From NCBI GenBank assembly GCA_002897855.1, contig BDTO01000021.1, positions 10,472 to 74,471 on the forward strand: DNA of 64,000 bases, written 5' to 3'. This DNA comes from a bacterium BMS3Bbin05. Its GTDB lineage: Bacteria > Nitrospirota > Thermodesulfovibrionia > Thermodesulfovibrionales > BMS3Bbin05. A program made the translations under genes and the position numbers. Within the stretch, counting starts at the first letter, position 1. Each line of letters opens with the position of its first letter. The notes beneath the pieces were generated by a model. It saw nothing but the letters and a program-made list of their open reading frames with translations. It did no database searches and was not told the origin of the DNA. Shown piece by piece: positions 58,047-64,000 of the stretch.

Positions 58047-59138
58047 TTAAGCTGCCACATCTTTCCACTCAAATCTACGTTTTAGATCGTTACAGTGGCT
58101 ATATGGCAAAAAACCATCATGCTGTAGTCTGCCGACAACGATACCCGGAGCAATACCGATTTCAGAAGCAAATCTTTTGATTGCTGCCTTATTTAATTGT
58201 GATGACTTTAAAAAATGCTGTATTTTTCTTTTAGGAACCAGAATCTCTGAGGCAAACATATTGGCTTCATCCTCTTTGGTGTCATTGCTATCATCTTCAA
58301 TAAAAACATCCTTTTTGCCATGCAAAAGAATATGGCCTGCTTCGTGGAAGAAGCTGAACCATAACTGATCATCTCTTTTATAACGAAGGCTCAGTTGAAT
58401 AACGGCCTTTTTCGGATTCATCCACCATGTTGCGCCACTTGCACGTATTCTGGAAAGTTCAGGTACAAAAGCGACAGCCACACCAGCCCCGGAGCAGATG
58501 TGAATAAGTGCGGGTTGAAAGATTTCGGGTGGTTGATTTGTGAGGTCCCGAATTTCAGAAAGGGCATTTTTAAATTTACGTGCATCATACGGCTTACATT
58601 CAATCTTTTGTGCAACCAATTCTCCCATTCTTAACCATGAGGCTATAGCACCGGGGTCGCTCTGAAATGCAGGTGACTTGCGATATGATACTTCAGCACT
58701 CAACCATTTTTCTTTCCATAGTTCAGGAGAAGCCACACCAAAAAAATTCAAGATTTCCTGAAGCTGCTTGATTTTATCTTTAAAACGTTTTATGTAACCC
58801 CTCTTTATCAGAACATTAACCGGGATTTTTCTGAGCCAATCGATCTGTTTCTTCAGTCTTTTCTGCTCACTGATACGGGCAAGCGTTTCCTGATAATTCC
58901 TCTCAAGGTTGTTCCAGAAACCAGCAGAAATCCCAAGAACCCTCTCTAACTGCAATGCTGTTTCAGGAGTGAGTCCAGCCTTTCCCTTAATAACTTCGTT
59001 AATTGTCTTTTTGGGTCTACCCATCCGTTCAGCAAGCTCTGCCTGAGACATGCCAATTGCTTCTATAGTTTCAAGTAGCGTTTCTCCAGGTGGTACAGCA
59101 TAGTCAGGCTTAAACTGATTTTTTAAATTTCTATCCAT
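58047..59138 (-). CDS. higA: HigA-type XRE antitoxin fused to an ImmA/IrrE-like HExxH metallopeptidase domain
   Basis: The N-terminus PGETLLETIEAIGMSQAELAERMGRPKKTINEVIKGKAGLTPETALQLERVLG is an HTH_XRE/HigA pattern. The C-terminus carries FFHEAGHILLH (HExxH). ATG 59138 follows GGAGGA and overlaps the higB stop by 8 nt (ATGGATAG). Confidence 0.8.
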   Translation of the reverse strand: MDRNLKNQFKPDYAVPPGETLLETIEAIGMSQAELAERMGRPKKTINEVIKGKAGLTPETALQLERVLGISAGFWNNLERNYQETLARISEQKRLKKQIDWLRKIPVNVLIKRGYIKRFKDKIKQLQEILNFFGVASPELWKEKWLSAEVSYRKSPAFQSDPGAIASWLRMGELVAQKIECKPYDARKFKNALSEIRDLTNQPPEIFQPALIHICSGAGVAVAFVPELSRIRASGATWWMNPKKAVIQLSLRYKRDDQLWFSFFHEAGHILLHGKKDVFIEDDSNDTKEDEANMFASEILVPKRKIQHFLKSSQLNKAAIKRFASEIGIAPGIVVGRLQHDGFLPYSHCNDLKRRFEWKDVAA

Positions 59139-59469
59139 GTGTATCCTCCACACTAATAATCCTTATTTCATTAATTTTTGTCCAGTCAAGGCCACCATCT
59201 GATTTCTTTGGTATAGGGTTATTTGCAGGTTCCAAAATGAGACGATAGGGATGATCCAGATCCACTGATAAATAACCTTTTAGCTCTCCTTTTAATTCAT
59301 GGCATCGAGCCTGTGGCAGATTGTACAAATCATCAAGTACATCAGCAGCGGCAAGTTGAGATAGCCGTCTTTTTAAAAGATTGGCTCTTTTAGGGCCATA
59401 TTTTTTCGCCATAATATTCTTATTGTTGCACTCTTTTTCAATCTTGGTTCTTTTAAATAGAATAACCAT
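59131..59469 (-). CDS. higB: HigB-type (plasmid maintenance killer / RelE-ParE superfamily) toxin
   Basis: 112 aa. ...LLKRRLSQLAAADVLDDLYNLPQARCHELKGELKGYLSVDLDHPYRLILE... is the HigB pattern. It lies upstream of and overlaps higA. Confidence 0.8.
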   Translation of the reverse strand: MVILFKRTKIEKECNNKNIMAKKYGPKRANLLKRRLSQLAAADVLDDLYNLPQARCHELKGELKGYLSVDLDHPYRLILEPANNPIPKKSDGGLDWTKINEIRIISVEDTHG

Positions 59470-59489
59470 ATTTTATCATATATGTCAAA

Positions 59490-59514
59490 AATATTAACCT
59501 TAAGGGTTAATATT
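59490..59514. promoter_or_regulatory. Perfect 10-bp-stem inverted repeat upstream of higB (candidate operator)
   Basis: The sequence is AATATTAACC-ttaag-GGTTAATATT. It lies 21 nt upstream of the higB ATG and overlaps the stop codon of remnant B. Confidence 0.5.
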
Positions 59515-59785
59515 CCATACACTCCTTGCCTTCTCAAGCCTGTTCTTAACCAACTCACATACCGCCCAATAGACCTCATTTCGCTTTTCCTGTGTCAATC
59601 CGAGGATGTCAAAGACGATGTCGTCAAGGGCTTGCCTGTCAGGTAAGGGATTGTCTGTTCACGGATGGAACGGTTAGGATTGATGCCAAGTTCTCCGGCC
59701 CTTTCCCTGACAATCCTGTGCCCTGCCTCTTTTATCTCCTTGAGGCTCCTGAAGCCGGGGTTATTTGCGATTCATAGTAGGATAT
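59500..59785 (-). pseudogene. Remnant B: longer decayed 3' portion of the same gene type as remnant A
   Basis: The minus strand reads IANNPGFRSLKEIKEAGHRIVRERAGELGINPNRSIREQTI, then a frameshift and stop, then NPLPDRQALDDIVFDILGLTQEKRNEVYWAVCELVKNRLEKARSVWNINP and a stop. There is no start codon and the frame is interrupted. Confidence 0.5.
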
Positions 59786-59802
59786 CCTGGAATTTCATCA
59801 AA

Positions 59803-60969
59803 TTAATTCTCTTTAAATATTGCTATGTAATCTTCATATCTGAACAGCCTGTTACGCTTCTGGCCTGTGTATTCCCTCAGGATATTATGTTTTAGAAACC
59901 GGGACATTAACTGGCTTGCTGCGGTAAAACTAAGCCCTGTGAGTTGAATAATATCGTTTATGCTGATAATAGGTTTTGAATATAAGGATTCCAGCACTTT
60001 CAGACCATTAGCTGTAGATCTGCCAAAACTTCCGACAATCCGTGAACGGTCTCTCTCCCTCAGGTACACAATGCGTCTTGCCGTCTCCGTAGCAGCCGAG
60101 GCAACTTCAGCCACCGCAGTAAGAAAGAACTTAAGCCATCCCTCCCAATCTCCTCTATCTCTGACGGCCTGTAAGAGTTCATAATATTGCTCTCTATGTT
60201 TCTTGAAATAATGGGAAATATAGAGTACAGGCTTTTGCAGAATTTTCCAGTCACACAGAAGCAAGGCAATAAGAAGTCTTCCGATCCGTCCGTTCCCATC
60301 CAGAAAAGGGTGAATTGTTTCAAGTTGTGCATGAGCCATGCCTATTTTTATTAAAGCCGGCATATCAGGGGTATCACTGTGAATAAACTTTTCAAGGCCG
60401 GAAAGACATTGCGGTACCTCCTGGGGAGGGGGTGGTATAAAGACAGCATCTGAAATTGTACTTCCTGCAGGACCAACCCAGTTCTGTGTTGTTCTCAGTT
60501 CACCGGGCTGACGTTCTGCACCTCTGACACCTTTAAGTAATAGTTTATGAATCTCACGCAACAGCCGGACGGAAACCGGAAGTTCCTCCAATCGTTTTAT
60601 CCCTTGATTAAGGGCATGTATATAGTTTATAACCTCTTCTACATCGGAGGAATGCCGCCTGCGGAATATCATAGCCTCGGCCTCGAGGACATCATCCAGA
60701 GAGCTCTGAGTCCCCTCAATCTGGCTGGAAAGTACCGCTTCTTTGCGCACATACATGAAAACAAACAGGTTGGCATCCGGAAGGGTCTGTATAGAGCCAT
60801 CAAGCCTGCCTAATGCCCGGTCAGCCTTTGATACCAGAGACATCATCTTGCTATCCATAGATAGAGGCGGGTCAGGCGGCAACGCTGAGGGGATAAATGC
60901 CCGATAGCCACTTGGCTGTTGAATATACCGGCCGGCCCGATATGAAATGTTCAGATTGTTTTTCGTCAT
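59803..60969 (-). CDS. fic: Fic/DOC family protein (AMPylase-type)
   Basis: It carries the Fic motif HPFLDGNGRIGRLL. ATG 60969 (MTKNNLNISYRAGRY) is preferred over the ORF-track start 61008, because the extension covers a repeated promoter-region box. Confidence 0.92.
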   Translation of the reverse strand: MTKNNLNISYRAGRYIQQPSGYRAFIPSALPPDPPLSMDSKMMSLVSKADRALGRLDGSIQTLPDANLFVFMYVRKEAVLSSQIEGTQSSLDDVLEAEAMIFRRRHSSDVEEVINYIHALNQGIKRLEELPVSVRLLREIHKLLLKGVRGAERQPGELRTTQNWVGPAGSTISDAVFIPPPPQEVPQCLSGLEKFIHSDTPDMPALIKIGMAHAQLETIHPFLDGNGRIGRLLIALLLCDWKILQKPVLYISHYFKKHREQYYELLQAVRDRGDWEGWLKFFLTAVAEVASAATETARRIVYLRERDRSRIVGSFGRSTANGLKVLESLYSKPIISINDIIQLTGLSFTAASQLMSRFLKHNILREYTGQKRNRLFRYEDYIAIFKEN

Positions 60970-60982
60970 CGTATTAAATGAT

Positions 60983-61061
60983 GCCTTTAATATAATAAAT
61001 TCTGTCAATCTTATTCAAGGGTACCTTTAATATAACATACCCTCGGTCCTATATTAAGGGT
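60983..61061. promoter_or_regulatory. Three CCTTTAATATA-type boxes upstream of fic (two direct, one inverted)
   Basis: The boxes are gcctttaatataa (60983-60995), acctttaatataa (61023-61035) and the inverted tatattaagggt (61050-61061). Confidence 0.4.
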
Positions 61062-61109
61062 TACCTTAAGTTTATCACTCCTCCAGCATGTCCGTCACAT
61101 CCTCGACAA

Positions 61110-61310
61110 TCACACTCTCTCCCCCGTATTCAAAGAATCTATATATCTGTCCACCCTCTCCAGGATGGCAAAGTTATATTTCTCAAAGAAGTTAAAGACC
61201 ATCTCAAAAAGGTCGTCCCTTATATGAATGTATAAATTGTCCAGATCGTTTTTTTGGAAGAGTCCGCCATTAAGGTAAAGAGCCGGGGCAAGTACCCTGA
61301 CTCCCTGAAT
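61110..61310 (-). pseudogene. Remnant N: fragment resembling the N-terminal region of a type IIG/PglX-like N6-adenine DNA methyltransferase
   Basis: The minus-strand ORF tail is ...VLAPALYLNGGLFQKNDLDNLYIHIRDDLFEMVFNFFEKYNFAILER... and then terminates. The LNGGLF and YNF..E motifs are as I recall them for MmeI/Eco57I/PglX-type enzymes. It overlaps the promoter and 5' end of the opposite-strand acd gene. Confidence 0.4.
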
Positions 61311-61401
61311 TCTTGTGATTTTACCGGCTATTTTGGATATGAGCCTTATTTTTAATGACAAAAAGTTTGTTAAAATAATCCCAGGAGTGTATATTAGAAA
61401 G

Positions 61402-63489
61402 ATGATTGACAGGCTCATTAATCCTTCGTCGGTTGCAGTAATCGGCGCATCAGCAGACACTTCAAAGGTAGGTTATTCCGTTGTAAACAATCTCATATCG
61501 AATGGATATAAGGGCAGAATCTTTCCGGTTAATCCGAAGAGAAAATCCATACTCGGGCTCAAGACATACCCCTCGATACTCGACACCGGCGGGGCAGACC
61601 TTGCTATCATCTGTATACCCGCCGTTTACGTACCACAGACCCTCCGTGAATGTGTCAATGCCTCTGTTGGGTCGGTTATTATCATCTCGGCGGGGTTCAA
61701 AGAAGCAGGCGGAAAAGGGGTAAAGGCCGAAGAAGAAATAAAAGAAATAGCAAGACAGTCTGAAATTCGTGTTCTCGGGCCCAACTGCCTGGGTATAATC
61801 AATACAGAAAACACGATGAATGCAACCTTTGCCTCGGGTATGCTGCCGAAGGGCAATATGTCTTTCTTTTCACAATCAGGGGCACTTGGCGTGGCAGTGC
61901 TCGACTGGGCCATAGGAAACAAGGTAGGTTTTTCAAAGTTCGTAAGCCTCGGCAACAAGGCCGATTTGAATGAGACCGATTTTATCGAATACTTCTCAAA
62001 GGATAAGCATACAGGCATTATCATAGGATATATAGAAGATGTAGTTGAAGGGAAAAGGTTCATGCGGATTGTCCCGGGGATAACCAGAAAGAAACCGGTT
62101 ATTCTGATCAAGTCGGGCGGGACACAGGCCGGTGCGCGGGCAGCCTCATCTCATACGGGTGCGCTTGCAGGTTCTGAAGAGGCCTTTAATGCGGCATTCC
62201 GGCAAACCGGGGTTATCCATGCTGCCGGTGTGAACGACCTGTTTGAAACGGCCCGGGTATTTTCATCCGGCAGAATACCTTCGGGCAACAGGATACTTAT
62301 CCTTACAAACGCGGGTGGCCCGGGGATAATTGCGGCCGACATGGCAGAAAGACTCGGGCTGCAGCTTCCGGTACCTGGAGAAACAACCATCAGGAGACTG
62401 AGGAAATATCTTCCGAAGAATGCCTCTCTCGGGAATCCCATTGATATTATCGGTGATGCACGTTCCGACAGATACAGCGCCGTGCTGCATGAGACCATCA
62501 GGAACAGGGACATCGACGGGATTATCGTAATTCTTACGCCGCAGGCGATGACGGATGTAGAAGAGACGGCCCACGTTATTATTGATGAATCGGCACATAC
62601 AAAAAAACCGGTAATCTGCTGTTTCATGGGTGCAGAAAGTGTAAAAGCGGCGGTTGATATGCTGAAAACGCATCATATACCAAATTTTTCTTACCCTGAA
62701 GATGCTGTCAAATCCTTCAGGAAACTGTATGATTATTCGGTTTGGAGAAAACGTAAGACAGAACAGCCGGTCACGATTAAGGGCAAAAAGGTGATAGTGA
62801 AGAGGGCTATAAGGTCGACAATCGAGAGTGGAAGGACACAGCTCTCCGAGGATGAGTCAAGAGGGATACTGGAGGCATATGGCTTTATCTTTCCGGGAAG
62901 AGCGCTTGCGACAACACAAAAAGAGGCAGCATTGTTGAGCAGAAAAATCGGGTTCCCGGTTGTTATGAAGATATCCTCACCCGACATACTGCACAAAACC
63001 GATGTCGGCGGTGTACGGCTTGGGGTAAATACCGCATCAGAGGCATCACGCGCTTTTGCAGATATAACGGCCAATGCAAGACGTTACTTCCCCCAGGCTT
63101 TCATCAGGGGTGTCAATATTTATGAGATGGTTAACGGCGGAAAAGAGGTTATCCTCGGTGTTACATATGACAGGACATTCGGCCACATGCTGATGTTCGG
63201 GCTCGGGGGAATTTACGTAGAGGTAATGAAGGATGTATCGTTCAGGATCCTTCCTCTCAATATAACGGATGCAAGAGAAATGATACGGGAAATTCATACA
63301 TATGCTCTCCTCCAGGGAGTAAGAGGCGAAAAGCCGGTTGATATAAATCTTATAGTTGACGGCATCATGAGGATATCTCAGCTTGTCATGGACTTTCCCC
63401 GGATACAGGAGCTTGATATAAACCCGTTTGTCGTTAAGGAATCAGGGACACTGGCTCTTGATGCACGAATTATTATAAAAGGAGGATAA
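61402..63489 (+). CDS. ADP-forming acetyl-CoA synthetase / acyl-CoA synthetase (NDP-forming), fused alpha-beta
   Basis: It has a CoA-binding domain (INPSSVAVIGASADTSKVGY), a ligase-CoA domain with the phospho-His region (ASSHTGALAGS) and a C-terminal ATP-grasp. ATG 61402 (MIDRLINPSS) is preferred over 61315. Confidence 0.9.
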   Translation: MIDRLINPSSVAVIGASADTSKVGYSVVNNLISNGYKGRIFPVNPKRKSILGLKTYPSILDTGGADLAIICIPAVYVPQTLRECVNASVGSVIIISAGFKEAGGKGVKAEEEIKEIARQSEIRVLGPNCLGIINTENTMNATFASGMLPKGNMSFFSQSGALGVAVLDWAIGNKVGFSKFVSLGNKADLNETDFIEYFSKDKHTGIIIGYIEDVVEGKRFMRIVPGITRKKPVILIKSGGTQAGARAASSHTGALAGSEEAFNAAFRQTGVIHAAGVNDLFETARVFSSGRIPSGNRILILTNAGGPGIIAADMAERLGLQLPVPGETTIRRLRKYLPKNASLGNPIDIIGDARSDRYSAVLHETIRNRDIDGIIVILTPQAMTDVEETAHVIIDESAHTKKPVICCFMGAESVKAAVDMLKTHHIPNFSYPEDAVKSFRKLYDYSVWRKRKTEQPVTIKGKKVIVKRAIRSTIESGRTQLSEDESRGILEAYGFIFPGRALATTQKEAALLSRKIGFPVVMKISSPDILHKTDVGGVRLGVNTASEASRAFADITANARRYFPQAFIRGVNIYEMVNGGKEVILGVTYDRTFGHMLMFGLGGIYVEVMKDVSFRILPLNITDAREMIREIHTYALLQGVRGEKPVDINLIVDGIMRISQLVMDFPRIQELDINPFVVKESGTLALDARIIIKGG

Positions 63490-63490
63490 A

Positions 63491-64000
63491 ATGGTAAGGC
63501 TCTTCATAGGATCAATGTCGCAGTTTGCCGGCAAAAGCCTTCTGAGCATCGGTCTGGGTAAGATTTTCAAGAATAAGGGATTGCGAATCGGCTACATCAA
63601 GCCGCTTGGAAAAGATCCCGTGAGGATAAAGGGCAGGATTGCAGATTCAGAGGCTGTACTGATAAAAGACGCCCTGGAGCTTGAAGATGATTACGAGATG
63701 GTATCCCCGTTTGTTTTCGACTTTGAAATGATGCGCAGGGCTATAACAAAAAAGACCGAACTGTCCGCAGATGTCATAAAGGCAATAAAGGAAATCAAGG
63801 GAAGGGACATCGTTCTCATAGAAGGGGCTTCAAATATATTTGACGGATCGATTGTTGGTGCTAATGCCCTTGATATTGTAAAGGCGGTAAATGCAAAAGT
63901 ACTCATGGTTGAGCCATGGAAGGGAGAAGATACTATTAATGAAATCCTTGGAACCGCACATATATTGGGCAAGAGGTTCATCGGCGCAGTAATAAATATG
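63491..64000 (+). CDS. Phosphotransacetylase-family N-terminal (BioD-like/AAA_26, probably followed by DRTGG) protein, partial
   Basis: Not in the ORF track because there is no stop in the window. GGAGGATAAA precedes ATG 63491. My translation is MVRLFIGSMSQFAGKSLLSIGLGKIFKNKGLRIGYIKPLGKDP.... It starts 1 nt after the acd stop. Confidence 0.7.
   Translation, partial: MVRLFIGSMSQFAGKSLLSIGLGKIFKNKGLRIGYIKPLGKDPVRIKGRIADSEAVLIKDALELEDDYEMVSPFVFDFEMMRRAITKKTELSADVIKAIKEIKGRDIVLIEGASNIFDGSIVGANALDIVKAVNAKVLMVEPWKGEDTINEILGTAHILGKRFIGAVINM

Noticed and set aside
61110-61460. The 116-aa minus-strand ORF as an intact gene.
   Set aside because: Its 5' half is antisense to the acd start region and is hydrophobic junk. 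Only the 3' half shows recognisable motifs, so I treat it as a gene remnant.

Overview
The window looks like a 64 kb chromosomal segment from an anaerobic bacterium. The gene content (sigma-54 regulators, Hdr/Dsr-like redox genes, corrinoid methyltransferases) resembles Desulfobacterota or Nitrospirota, but taxonomy cannot be settled from this sequence alone. Region 1-16.4 kb is one minus-strand block of translation and transcription genes in an unusual, circularly permuted order: rpsL-rpsG-fusA-tuf-rpmG-tRNA(Trp)-secE-nusG-rplKAJL-rpoBC. Region 16.7-25.3 kb holds a 1415-aa fused double-activase protein, an unlisted 29-aa bS22-like ORF, an alpha/beta hydrolase split at an A9 tract, and GGDEF, PilZ and CobO genes. 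Region 26.1-39.7 kb is the most interesting part. It carries 15 co-directional minus-strand genes: cysteate synthase, fused sulfopyruvate decarboxylase, an HdrD/HdrE-like pair, FolD, a RACo-type corrinoid activator, a minimal QueG/RdhA-like Fe-S protein, a corrinoid protein, two MtaA/URO-D-family methyltransferases and an MtrH-like methyltransferase. MetF lies about 3.4 kb away. I read this as a corrinoid-dependent methyl-transfer and C1-oxidation module that may use a CoM-like sulfonate thiol; that reading is inference. Two visibly AT-richer accessory islets carry toxin-antitoxin and defence genes. The first (39.7-43.1 kb) has a reversed-order AbiEii/AbiEi pair, an unknown gene and HicAB. The second (57.2-61.3 kb) has ParDE-like genes, HigB with a HigA-ImmA fusion, Fic, and three remnants of what looks like a DNA methyltransferase gene. 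Other content includes two OsmC paralogs with sigma-54 promoters flanking a GAF-domain enhancer-binding protein, a PAS/GAF histidine kinase with an NtrC-type regulator, a CobD-like protein lacking the PLP lysine, several short dispersed repeat families, and an ADP-forming acetyl-CoA synthetase. No CRISPR array, rRNA, transposase or integrase was seen. All family assignments rest on motif recognition by eye, not on database searches.
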